In this document: piece after piece, positions 29,231 to 38,561 of the stretch
Numbering within the stretch: position 1 is the stretch's first letter
How the letters are laid out: each line of letters begins with the position of its first letter
Assembly: GCA_028718745.1 (NCBI GenBank)
Contig: JAQULF010000002.1
Location: 11,628-75,627 of the forward strand
From: Patescibacteria group bacterium
GTDB taxonomy: Bacteria > Patescibacteriota > JACPGU01
DNA: 64,000 nt
Direction: 5' to 3'
Notes under the pieces: generated by a model
The model's database searches: none
What the model was told of the DNA's origin: nothing
The model's input: only the letters and a program-made list of their open reading frames with translations
Made by a program: the position numbers and the translations under genes

Positions 29231-30235
29231 ATTTTCAACAATAACCGGCATCCCCACTTCCGCCCAATCATATAAAAGTTTGGAATTTTCTAGAGAAACC
29301 CTGATACACCCATGGGAAACCTTGGTTCCCAGATGACCTTCCCCCTCATAAATCCTTCCGCCATTTTTTGCCGGCCAATAAGGAAGAGAATGAATGCCAA
29401 TAGCTCCTCCAGGCGTAATTGCCATCCAATTATCCATATAAAGCTCATACTCCGGACTGTATTGAACCGGAAATTGATTTTGAATGGCAAAAGTTCCTGT
29501 CGGTGTATCCATCCCCGGTCTGCCGGTAGAAGTCAAGAAGTCATATTTAACCAAACCATTTTCATAAACATAAAGATGCTGTTCTTCTAATTTTATCTTG
29601 ATATATTTTACCGGCCCGCCACTCAAAGAAAGATTGAGCTTTTCGTCCGGTTTATTGGGATCCCTTACTTCTATATCCCAATAAATGCCCTTGTCTTCCA
29701 GCCATTTTAGATTTTCCATAATAGGAGAAAAGAATTCTCTATAAATTCCGCTTTTATTTGGAGCGGTGAGACTAAAGATAAAATTAACTGTCTCTCCCGG
29801 CTTAACTATTTTCTTATCCATCATAATTCTATTTCCCGAAAGCCAACCCCGATTGCCAGCACTGTAAAAAACCGTATCTCTATCTATAGGGCGACTGGTA
29901 CCAAGATAAACAGGATTATCTCCGGCACTCTCCCAAGCTCGATTGCCGGTATTTCTAATTTTCAAAGCCAATGTGGTTTTTCCTCCTACTTTCAATTTGG
30001 GATCCTGGCTTTTGTCTACCACATCATATGTATAAACCGGTTCTGCGGAAATAAAAATAGGCGCGCTCTTGTCTGCTTCTTGGGTTTTGACCGCACTAAC
30101 AGCCTTGGCCGTATCTTGATTCTTCACAGCCCCAATACTATTGCTTTGCAGAAGAAAAACACCGCTTATAGCAATGATAAAAAAGGCATATGCGATAACT
30201 ACCAAATTACTTTTTTTTATTTGAATATTCGCCAT
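29228..30235 (-). CDS. L,D-transpeptidase (YkuD) with Ig-like (NBR1-type) domain
   Basis: IGIHS...SHGCIR; TPTGTF; IRNTGNRAW...VKPGETVNF. Confidence 0.9.
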   Translation of the reverse strand: MANIQIKKSNLVVIAYAFFIIAISGVFLLQSNSIGAVKNQDTAKAVSAVKTQEADKSAPIFISAEPVYTYDVVDKSQDPKLKVGGKTTLALKIRNTGNRAWESAGDNPVYLGTSRPIDRDTVFYSAGNRGWLSGNRIMMDKKIVKPGETVNFIFSLTAPNKSGIYREFFSPIMENLKWLEDKGIYWDIEVRDPNKPDEKLNLSLSGGPVKYIKIKLEEQHLYVYENGLVKYDFLTSTGRPGMDTPTGTFAIQNQFPVQYSPEYELYMDNWMAITPGGAIGIHSLPYWPAKNGGRIYEGEGHLGTKVSHGCIRVSLENSKLLYDWAEVGMPVIVEN

Positions 30236-30245
30236 CTTAATTATT

Positions 30246-31931
30246 TTAACTGCCTTGATAATTTTTCAAAAACTGGAGGTGAGATTTTTTTATTAGCTTC
30301 AAATCTTTTTTCTTGCTACCCACATCTTCTAGCATTGAAGCGACATAAACTCCTGTCAGATGATGAGGTAAGATCACATAATCCGCACCTGTCTTATATA
30401 AATAAATCGCATCGCTAGCATGGTCTGCCATAGCAATTATTTTTGCTCTTTTATTTTGAGCTCTAACTTTTTTAATTAAAAATGCGTTGCTCTTTTTGCC
30501 GGGAAAAGTTGTTACAATCATTTTGGCTTTACCGATATTTAATTTTTCTAAAAGCAATGGGTCATAAGCGTCTCCATAAACGCAATATTTGCCACGACAG
30601 TTAAGATCATAAACTACATCCGGATCTATATCTACTACTATAATCTTTTTGCTGATTTTTTCCAACGATTTAAATATCTGTTTGCCCAAACGATGATAAC
30701 CAAAAAGAATAATATGATCTTTTAACAGCGGGATTTTTTTCTTTTTTTCTTTAACCTGATTCATTTCAAATAAAGAAAGTGGTTTTTGAATTAAATTATA
30801 GATATGTCCCAAAAAATTTATGAAATATGTGGAAGTTAGTATCGTTATTATCGTTATCAAAATAATCATTGAAACAATGCCTTTGTCCAAATGACCGATT
30901 GAAAGTCCCAGCGCCGCAATGATTAAGGAAAATTCACTTACTTGGGAAAGTGAAACAGCGGTATAAAAACTGGTTCTTTTCGTAAAACCGAAAGCCCCCA
31001 TGGAAATTAAAATTATCAAGGTTTTGATGATAATAACAAATAAAACTAGAGCCACCAGAGGAAAGATGAACCCGGAGATTCCGCTCCAATCAATCTGCAT
31101 TCCTAGCGTTATAAAAAATAAGATCAAAAAGAAATCTCTCAAAGGAGAAAGTCTTAATGTAATTTCATCGCTGTAAGGGAGACTGGCTAGTGTTAGCCCG
31201 GCTATAAAAGCGCCCATTTCTATAGAAAATCCCAGCATGAATGCCCCCCCTGCTACCGCAAAACACCAAGCTATCGATGCCAGAAAAAGTAACTCTGGAG
31301 AGTGGGCTAAATAATTAAAAACTTTTTTGATCAATAGAATGCTTATTAAATAAGCAATTAAAAAGAGCAAGACGGCTTTGATTAAAATGCTGGCAAAAAG
31401 TATCCATGACAATACTTCTCCGCTTTTGACTCCGCCTAAAAACACCAAGACAAAAAGAGCTGCTATATCTTGTAAAACCAAAATTCCTACTACCATTTTT
31501 CCGTAAAGACTGGTGATAGCCTTTTTCTCGCTCAAAAGATTAACCACTATAACAGTACTGCTAAAAGAGAGTACTATTCCTATATATATACTAACAATAT
31601 CACTGAAACCCAGCAGTCTTGAAAGAACATATCCTCCCAAGGCCGTTAACACTATCTGAATAATTCCCAGGAAAATTGTTTTTTTGCCAAGTTCGGCCAG
31701 TTTTTCCGTATTTAACTCCATTCCCACTATAAATAAAAGAAAGGCTATGCCAATAGTAGAAAAAAGAGAAACCATCTCTCGGCCTTCAATGAATCCAAAA
31801 ATAGAAGGCCCCAAAATAAAGCCTGTAATTATATAGGCTATTACAAGAGGTTGTTTCAACAATCTGGCAACTATGCCAAAAACAGCGGCAATAAATATCT
31901 CAAATCCTAATTCTACAAAAATTCTTTCCAT
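30246..31931 (-). CDS. CPA2 cation:proton antiporter with TrkA-N domain (Kef-like)
   Basis: SFSSTVIV, LVLQD, SQVSEFS, GYHRLG, YGDA. Confidence 0.92.
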   Translation of the reverse strand: MERIFVELGFEIFIAAVFGIVARLLKQPLVIAYIITGFILGPSIFGFIEGREMVSLFSTIGIAFLLFIVGMELNTEKLAELGKKTIFLGIIQIVLTALGGYVLSRLLGFSDIVSIYIGIVLSFSSTVIVVNLLSEKKAITSLYGKMVVGILVLQDIAALFVLVFLGGVKSGEVLSWILFASILIKAVLLFLIAYLISILLIKKVFNYLAHSPELLFLASIAWCFAVAGGAFMLGFSIEMGAFIAGLTLASLPYSDEITLRLSPLRDFFLILFFITLGMQIDWSGISGFIFPLVALVLFVIIIKTLIILISMGAFGFTKRTSFYTAVSLSQVSEFSLIIAALGLSIGHLDKGIVSMIILITIITILTSTYFINFLGHIYNLIQKPLSLFEMNQVKEKKKKIPLLKDHIILFGYHRLGKQIFKSLEKISKKIIVVDIDPDVVYDLNCRGKYCVYGDAYDPLLLEKLNIGKAKMIVTTFPGKKSNAFLIKKVRAQNKRAKIIAMADHASDAIYLYKTGADYVILPHHLTGVYVASMLEDVGSKKKDLKLIKKSHLQFLKNYQGS

Positions 31932-32046
31932 AAAAACTTTTTATTTTTATCTAAGTATTTTAGCCTATCCAAATAATATCACACCCCATTAATCCTGTAA
32001 AATAAAAAAGGTTTTGACTTTGTTGAAAATATAGTAAAATGGGTTC

Positions 32047-32481
32047 ATGGAAAAGGAAACCCTCAAAAAAATCAAAAAGAAGCTGGAAGCCGAAAAAACC
32101 AGGATCGAAGAAGAACTCGGTAATATAGCCAAGAAAAAAGGTAAAAAGTTTACCCCTGTTTATCCTGAATATGGAAGCAGAGACGAGGAGAATGCCGCTG
32201 AAGTGGAAGAATATGAAATCCATCTGGCTCTCGATAAAAATCTGGAGAAACTTTTGGGGAATGTTATAAAATCTTTGGCTAAGATAGAGCAAGGAACCTA
32301 TGGAAAATGCGAGAATTGCGGTCTTGAAATATCTAAAGAGAGATTGGAGGCTTTTCCTTCGGCTAATTTCTGTATAACCTGCCAATCAAAAAAAGATAAT
32401 CTGATAACCAAGTTCTTTTCACGCCTTCGACCGCATAAAAATGTCCGCCAACCAAAAGACAAAAAAACAAGAAGGCAATAA
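32047..32481 (+). CDS. TraR/DksA C4-type zinc finger protein
   Basis: GTYGKCENCG..I..ERLEA.P....CITC. Confidence 0.9.
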   Translation: MEKETLKKIKKKLEAEKTRIEEELGNIAKKKGKKFTPVYPEYGSRDEENAAEVEEYEIHLALDKNLEKLLGNVIKSLAKIEQGTYGKCENCGLEISKERLEAFPSANFCITCQSKKDNLITKFFSRLRPHKNVRQPKDKKTRRQ

Positions 32482-32570
32482 AGCAAGAAAGCAAGAAAAA
32501 AGTCAGGAGAGATCCTGGCTTTTGTTTTCGAGAAAAATATGATAAGATAAAAAATGATTTTGTACATACC

Positions 32571-32641
32571 TGCGGGATCGTCTAGCGGTAGGACACCGCC
32601 CTTTGAAGGCGGGTACCTTGGTTCGAATCCAAGTCCCGCAG
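32571..32641 (+). tRNA. tRNA-Gln (TTG)
   Basis: Cloverleaf, CCGCC-CTTTGAA-GGCGG. Confidence 0.95.
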
Positions 32642-32673
32642 GCATGTACAAAATTTTATTATAGATAATATAA

Positions 32674-33213
32674 ATGAAACTTCTCCTCCATACTTGTTGC
32701 GCGCCGTGTTCGGCTTTTGTTTTAGAACTTCTAAAAAAATATGAGGTTTCTGTTTTTTATTATAATCCCAATATAGATACGAAAGAAGAATATGAGAGAA
32801 GAAAAAGTGAATGCCAAAGATATTGTGAAAAGAACAAAATTCCTTTCATCGAGATGGAATATGCGCCCCAAGAGTGGGAGTTATATATAGAAGGACTTGA
32901 GAGTGAACCCGAAGGAGGCAGTCGATGCGCAAAGTGTTTTGAATTAAGATTGGCCAAAACCGCTGAATTTGCAAAAAAGAATGATTTTAACTTTTTTGCC
33001 ACTACCCTATCCATTAGTCCGCATAAAAATTCCGGAGTAATTAATGAGATTGGAACTAAAACAGCAGCTAAGATAGATCTAACATTTCTCGAATCAGATT
33101 GGAAAAAAGAAGATGGCTACAAAAAGTCCTGCGAGATAAGTAAGAAAGAAGGATTTTATCGGCAAAACTACTGCGGATGCCAATATTCCAAGTCGCATCT
33201 TTCTAAAACTTAA
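32674..33213 (+). CDS. queH: Epoxyqueuosine reductase QueH
   Basis: LLHTCCAPCS, YNPNI, RCxxCFxxRL, YRQNYCGC. Confidence 0.92.
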   Translation: MKLLLHTCCAPCSAFVLELLKKYEVSVFYYNPNIDTKEEYERRKSECQRYCEKNKIPFIEMEYAPQEWELYIEGLESEPEGGSRCAKCFELRLAKTAEFAKKNDFNFFATTLSISPHKNSGVINEIGTKTAAKIDLTFLESDWKKEDGYKKSCEISKKEGFYRQNYCGCQYSKSHLSKT

Positions 33214-33278
33214 TAGCCTTGAAAAGAAACTGTCAAAGTAGTAAAATATAGTTTATCAGTAATAAAAACAATAAAAAT

Positions 33279-34019
33279 ATGAAAAATCTCAAAACCTTTT
33301 TACCGGTCATTATTTTCTTGGTCGTAATTATAGTGGTAGGCGTTGTAGTATTTTTTATTAGCGATGGCAAAACCTCTTCATTGGCTTCCGGGAATCAAAA
33401 TGGACAAAGCGCGACAGACCAATCATCAAAAGAAAATAGCGACCCAATAGAAAATATCGATCAGAAATGGTCAAAGGGAAATTCTAAAGCAAAAGTTCAG
33501 ATTACTGAATTTAGCGACTTCCAGTGCCCTTATTGTCAAAAAGGAGCTGATACCATAGCAACTGTTTTTGAGAAATATAAAGATCAGATCAATGTTACTT
33601 TTTCTAATTTTCCTTTAACCAGTATCCACCCTTTTGCGCTTCGCGCAGCCGAAGCAGCTGAAGCAGCCGGATATCAAGGAAAATTTTGGGAGATGCACGA
33701 TCTATTATTTGCAAATCAAAAAAATCTTACCGATAGCGACCTAGAGTCCTATGCTAAAAAACTTGGTTTGGATATGACAAAGTTTGATAGTTATTTTAAC
33801 AATAAAAACATTGAGTCAAAAATTACTAAACAAGAAGCAGACGCTACAGTAACTGAATATGATGAGTTGGCTCTAGATGCTTCAAAAAAAGTAATTGTGA
33901 AGGGTAAGGCAAAAATAGAAGGGACTCCAGCATTCTTAATAAATGGAAAACTGATTGTAGGAGCCTATCCTCCCGAAGACTTTGAGATATTCATCAAATA
34001 CTTTCTAGCGCAAAAATAG
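33279..34019 (+). CDS. DsbA-family thioredoxin-fold protein
   Basis: EFSDFQCPYC, GTPAFLING, TM anchor. Confidence 0.92.
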   Translation: MKNLKTFLPVIIFLVVIIVVGVVVFFISDGKTSSLASGNQNGQSATDQSSKENSDPIENIDQKWSKGNSKAKVQITEFSDFQCPYCQKGADTIATVFEKYKDQINVTFSNFPLTSIHPFALRAAEAAEAAGYQGKFWEMHDLLFANQKNLTDSDLESYAKKLGLDMTKFDSYFNNKNIESKITKQEADATVTEYDELALDASKKVIVKGKAKIEGTPAFLINGKLIVGAYPPEDFEIFIKYFLAQK

Positions 34020-34021
34020 AT

Positions 34022-34060
34022 TTTCAAAAAAGCCTCCAAATAAAGGGGGCTTTTTTGAAA
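34022..34060 (+). terminator. Intrinsic terminator
   Basis: TTTCAAAAAAGCCTCC...GGGGGCTTTTTTGAAA. Confidence 0.85.
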
Positions 34061-34113
34061 CTGTAATAAGCCAAAAATTGACTTTTTGTCTATAAGTGTT
34101 ATATAATATATGC

Positions 34114-34525
34114 GGGTATAAGTAATTCGGACAATCGCTTCAACTTAATTGTTGGGGAGGAAAGTCCGGGCACCTCAAGAGCATGGTGATGGCTAACGGC
34201 CACCTGATATAAATACTGGAAGTATTTCCCCCGGGAAAAATCTTTTCAGCATGAAATCAAGGGAATAGTGCCACAGAAACTACCGCTTCCGCAAGGGAGA
34301 ATGAAAAGTTGGGAGCAAAATCCCATTTACTTTGATGGTGACATCAAAGACGGCAAACCCCACCCGGTGCAAGAAAGGGAAAGTTTTTTATAGTTAATAG
34401 CGCTCTTGCTAGACTATAAAAGATCCTTTCGCTAAAGTTCAATAGCAATGTTGAAACGAGATAGATGATTGTCTGTTGGATGCAAATCCAACAACAGAAC
34501 CCGGCTTATAGAATTGCTTATACCC
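34114..34525 (+). ncRNA. rnpB: RNase P RNA (reduced type)
   Basis: GAGGAAAGTCCGGGC, AGTGCCACAGAAA, GGCAAACCCC, ACAGAACCCGGCTTA; P1 GGGTATAAGTAATTC/GAATTGCTTATACCC; promoter TTGACT-18-TATAAT at 34078-34107. Confidence 0.95.
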
Positions 34526-34540
34526 CGCCTTCGGGCGAAA

Positions 34541-34627
34541 AGTAGCAAGTAGTTGGCAGCATGTATTATGGAAAACTTCATGCTTACTACATACTACTTA
34601 CTACATACTACTTACTACATACTACTT
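34541..34627. repeat. Heptamer-based repeat hairpin; (CTTACTACATACTA)x3 preceded by complementary AGTAG heptamers
   Basis: Seen directly. Confidence 0.85.
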
Positions 34628-34632
34628 CCCAA

Positions 34633-36081
34633 ATGAAGCGTTCCGAACTCTTTTTCACAACTATATTAATCCCCCTCGACTTATTATCAGCTGTCTTAGG
34701 TTTTATGGCGGCTTATTATATTCGAAAACATATCGATCCATTTGGAATAATCTATATACCTCCGCTAAGAGAATATCTACAATATCTTTACTACTTCTTG
34801 CCTGCCTGGCTTTTAGTTTTTTCTTTTTTCGGTTTATATAATGTCAAAACTAATCGCAAATTTGCTCCAATCTTTTACAGAATTATAATCGCGACACCAA
34901 CGGCTCTGATGCTTTTTGTTACTACAATGTTTTTTATTAAAGATTCTTTCTTCTCTCGTTTGATCATACTTTATTCTCTTGGTCTAATAATTTTTGCGAC
35001 TACATTTTTCCGATTAATAATCTTTTTGATTCGTCGCTTCCTTTTCCGTTTTGGAATCGGCATCAAAAGAGTTTTAATTATTGGAACAAATAAAACTTCA
35101 AAAGAAATTATCAAAGATATCGAGAGGCATCCAGGCAGAGGTTTGCGAATTATTGGAATTGTAAAAGTTAATGGCAACATGGAAGCTTTCGATCAAATTC
35201 GTTCAGAAATTGTTGGTTTTATTAATGAACTCGGAAGCATCGTTACAAAATTAAAGCCGGATGAAATTATTCAAACAGAGCCTTTTGGACCACAAGAAAA
35301 TTTGAATATCATTCATCTATGTGAAGATAAAAAAATTACCTTCCGCTATGTACCCTCAATGTTTGCGCTTTATTCAAAAAACAATGACGCGGATACGCTC
35401 GGCAAGATTCCGGTTTTTGAAATTAAGCGCAGCAATCTGGATGGCTGGGGAAGAATTATAAAAAGAGCTATGGATATTACCGGAGCTTTGGTTGGGATAA
35501 CCCTTTCTTTACCGATACAATCTGTCGTCGCTTTAATAATGAAAATCACTGATCCTGGTCCAGTCTTTTTTCTTCAGGAAAGAGTCGGGAGAGATGGTTA
35601 TTTTAATCTGATAAAATTTCGAACTATGAAGTTAACTTTTTGTACCGGCGCAAGATATGGCGGAGAAGCAGCGGCAAAACTTCGCGCTGAATTGGTTCGA
35701 ACAAAAAATGAAGTTAGTGGCCCTATGTTTAAAATCAAAGATGATCCCAGAGTTTCAAAAATTGGAAAGTTTCTACGCAAAACTTCACTGGATGAAGTTC
35801 CTCAATTTTACAATATTTTGAAAGGAGATATGAGCTTGGTTGGCCCTCGCCCACCTTTGCAATCGGAAGTCTCTAAATATACGAGGGAAGAAATGAAAAG
35901 AATTGTCGGTGTTAAACCGGGTTTAACCGGACTTTGGCAAGTTTCTGGCCGATCCGATGTTCAATTTGAAGAGTGGGTAGAGCTGGATAAATACTACATT
36001 GAAAATTGGTCTTTATTTCTAGATATAATTATAATTCTCAAAACTATTTGGGTGGTAACATTCGGAAAAGGTGCCTATTAA
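34633..36081 (+). CDS. Undecaprenyl-phosphate sugar phosphotransferase (WcaJ/CpsE-like)
   Basis: KRAMD, KFRTM, DDPRV, LRKTSLDEVPQ, GDMSLVGPRP, KPGLTG; start moved past the repeat. Confidence 0.95.
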   Translation: MKRSELFFTTILIPLDLLSAVLGFMAAYYIRKHIDPFGIIYIPPLREYLQYLYYFLPAWLLVFSFFGLYNVKTNRKFAPIFYRIIIATPTALMLFVTTMFFIKDSFFSRLIILYSLGLIIFATTFFRLIIFLIRRFLFRFGIGIKRVLIIGTNKTSKEIIKDIERHPGRGLRIIGIVKVNGNMEAFDQIRSEIVGFINELGSIVTKLKPDEIIQTEPFGPQENLNIIHLCEDKKITFRYVPSMFALYSKNNDADTLGKIPVFEIKRSNLDGWGRIIKRAMDITGALVGITLSLPIQSVVALIMKITDPGPVFFLQERVGRDGYFNLIKFRTMKLTFCTGARYGGEAAAKLRAELVRTKNEVSGPMFKIKDDPRVSKIGKFLRKTSLDEVPQFYNILKGDMSLVGPRPPLQSEVSKYTREEMKRIVGVKPGLTGLWQVSGRSDVQFEEWVELDKYYIENWSLFLDIIIILKTIWVVTFGKGAY

Positions 36082-36122
36082 TTTTATTTGGCAAAAGAGC
36101 TCTTTTTTGCTATAATTGAGCT

Positions 36123-37319
36123 ATGACTGAAGAAACCAAAAAACAACCAAAAGCTTGCCCCGCTAAACCATTTGGTGAAGCGCGGGTCGCGATTGTCTGC
36201 GATTGGCTCACCAATTGGGGCGGAGCTGAAAGATGCGACATGCTGCTTCATGAGATGTGGCCGGAAGCACCGATCTATTCGTTGATTTACAATGAAAAGA
36301 AAATGCCGGAATTCAAAAATGCAGATATCCGAACCTCATATCTTAACCGCGCTCCTTTGGCTAAAAAGAAATGGCAATTTTATCTTCACTATATGCCCTG
36401 CGCGATTGAGCAGTTTGATCTAACGGAATATGACATTGTTATAACAACCAGCCATTCATGTGCAAAAGGCGTTATAACAAAACCTTCTACTTTAAATATC
36501 TGCTATCTCTATAGCCCGACCAGATATATGTTGGATTTTTATTATCAATATCTGCGCAACATAAAATTTACACCAATTAAGTTCTTTGATAAGATTTTGA
36601 AAAATATCGTTCGCGCAAAAATTCATGACTTACGGCAATGGGATTTTATTGCCGCACGCCGACCCGACTATATTATTTCTATCTCACAATATATTCGTCG
36701 CAGAGCTCAAAAGTATTATCGAATCGATTCCGATGTTATTTACCCTCCGGTAAACTGCAAACATTATCTGCCGGCAAATGAATCAGAGATTGGCGACTAT
36801 TATCTTATTGTTGGCAGACAAATCGATTATAAAAGACACGACATAGTAATTGAAGCATTCAATCAACTGGGGCTGCCACTAGTTATTATCGGCGAAGGAC
36901 CGGAATTGAAAAAGCTAAAGAAAATTGCTAAAAGCGATAAAATAAAATTTATGGGGAGAATCTCTGACGCAGAGATAACTGAATATTTCGCGAAATGCAT
37001 CGCTATGATCCATCCTCAAGAGGAAGATTTTGGCATTACACCACTCGAGGCCCAATCAGCTGGCCGGCCCGTCATCGCCTATCGCGCTGGAGGGGCTATG
37101 GAAACCGTAGTAGAAAATGAAACGGGAGTTTTCTTTGACGAGCAGACGCCCGAAGCAGTAATGGAAATAATAAAAAACTTTGATCATAAAAAATTTAATT
37201 CGCATAAAATTCGTGAACATGCGTTAAAATTTGACACCGAAGTTTTTAAGCGAAATATAAAAAAATATGTGGAAGATAAATATCAAGAACATTTAGAAAG
37301 GAATAAAAAATGGAATTAA
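36123..37319 (+). CDS. Glycosyltransferase family 4
   Basis: VAIVCDWL...GGAER; EDFGITPLEA. Confidence 0.92.
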   Translation: MTEETKKQPKACPAKPFGEARVAIVCDWLTNWGGAERCDMLLHEMWPEAPIYSLIYNEKKMPEFKNADIRTSYLNRAPLAKKKWQFYLHYMPCAIEQFDLTEYDIVITTSHSCAKGVITKPSTLNICYLYSPTRYMLDFYYQYLRNIKFTPIKFFDKILKNIVRAKIHDLRQWDFIAARRPDYIISISQYIRRRAQKYYRIDSDVIYPPVNCKHYLPANESEIGDYYLIVGRQIDYKRHDIVIEAFNQLGLPLVIIGEGPELKKLKKIAKSDKIKFMGRISDAEITEYFAKCIAMIHPQEEDFGITPLEAQSAGRPVIAYRAGGAMETVVENETGVFFDEQTPEAVMEIIKNFDHKKFNSHKIREHALKFDTEVFKRNIKKYVEDKYQEHLERNKKWN

Positions 37320-38548
37320 AAGAAATTTTTCAAATTATAAAAAGAAAAATTTGGCTGATCATTTTGGTTGTTGTAATTGTAGTAGGTTCGACAACATACC
37401 TTTCGTTAAAACAAAAAATAAAGTATGAAACTTCCTCTATTCTTACCATTCAGGCTAATCACGAAAGAACGGATCAATATCAATACAATGGCTATTATGC
37501 AATTCAAGCTTGCGATTTTTTTATCAATACTATTACAGGATGGATTGGCAATCCTAGTCTCGTTTCAAAAATTTATGAGGGCTCGGGAAGTGGCAGTATC
37601 TACTCTCAAAAGATTCCACCTCAAAACTTAGTCTTGGTAGCTACCGGAGAAACAAAAGAACAATCAGATTCTATACTGGATGGAATGATAAAGCTGATTA
37701 AAGACAAAAATGCTCAATTAAATATAATTGATGGATCTATGTCAGGATTTGAAATTATAAGTTCAGATTTCACTACTATCCCAACCAAAACAAATGTGCC
37801 ATTTAACATAATAGTTTCTTTGATAGTGAGTCTATTTCTTTCATTATTCCTGGTTTTCTTTCTGGAATATCTTTCGCCAACCATAAATAATCTTCAGAGA
37901 ATAAAAAATATATTTAAAAAACAACCCATCTCATTAAGAGGGTTAAAATTAAAAAAATTGGTCAGGCCTACAAGTGTAGAATCAGAAAAATTTAGATTCT
38001 TGAGAGCTAATATAACTTCTTTGGATCAAAATGAGAAAACATCTATCGTAGTAGCCGGCATTAATGAAAAAAATATCACCCCCCTAATTTCGGCAAATTT
38101 AGCTTTGTCATTCGCGCGATCCGGTAAGAGAACTATTTTGGTAGATGCAAATTTTTCTAACCCAAATATCCACGAATATTTTAACCGTGGAAATGAAGCG
38201 GGTTTTTCCGAATTTCTCTTTGATGAAAAAAACATTGATAAATACTTACAGAAAACAGACGAAACCAATCTTAGGATAATGTCTTCGGGCATTAAACTTT
38301 CATATGCTTCAGACACAATAGAACGCTCCGATTTGAAAGAAGTCCTTCGGGAAATTGAAAAAGAATGCGATGTTGTAATAATTAATGTGCCTGCATTGAA
38401 TGCTTCCTCCGAAGCGTTTCCGCTTTTTTCTATCATCAAAAAAATCTTATTGGTAGTAAAACTAGGCAAGACAAACATATTGGCCGTGAATTATATTAAC
38501 GACTTTGTCGATAGAAAAGAAGTCGAGAAATATATCGTCGTGATTTAA
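37310..38548 (+). CDS. Wzz/Wzc-like polysaccharide co-polymerase with a degenerate kinase domain
   Basis: Wzz N-terminus, two TMs, EKFRFLRANI, ANLA, LVDAN; Walker A absent. Confidence 0.8.
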   Translation: MELKEIFQIIKRKIWLIILVVVIVVGSTTYLSLKQKIKYETSSILTIQANHERTDQYQYNGYYAIQACDFFINTITGWIGNPSLVSKIYEGSGSGSIYSQKIPPQNLVLVATGETKEQSDSILDGMIKLIKDKNAQLNIIDGSMSGFEIISSDFTTIPTKTNVPFNIIVSLIVSLFLSLFLVFFLEYLSPTINNLQRIKNIFKKQPISLRGLKLKKLVRPTSVESEKFRFLRANITSLDQNEKTSIVVAGINEKNITPLISANLALSFARSGKRTILVDANFSNPNIHEYFNRGNEAGFSEFLFDEKNIDKYLQKTDETNLRIMSSGIKLSYASDTIERSDLKEVLREIEKECDVVIINVPALNASSEAFPLFSIIKKILLVVKLGKTNILAVNYINDFVDRKEVEKYIVVI

Positions 38549-38561
38549 GCGAAATAAATCG

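Noticed and set aside
34521-34537. TACCCCGCC as another mini-element copy
   Set aside because: Explained by the RNase P P1 strand plus a UUCG hairpin; it lacks the closing GGG arm.
34561-34632. N-terminal extension of the sugar transferase (YYILLTTYYLL)
   Set aside because: It is translated tandem repeat; ATG 34633 gives a normal start.
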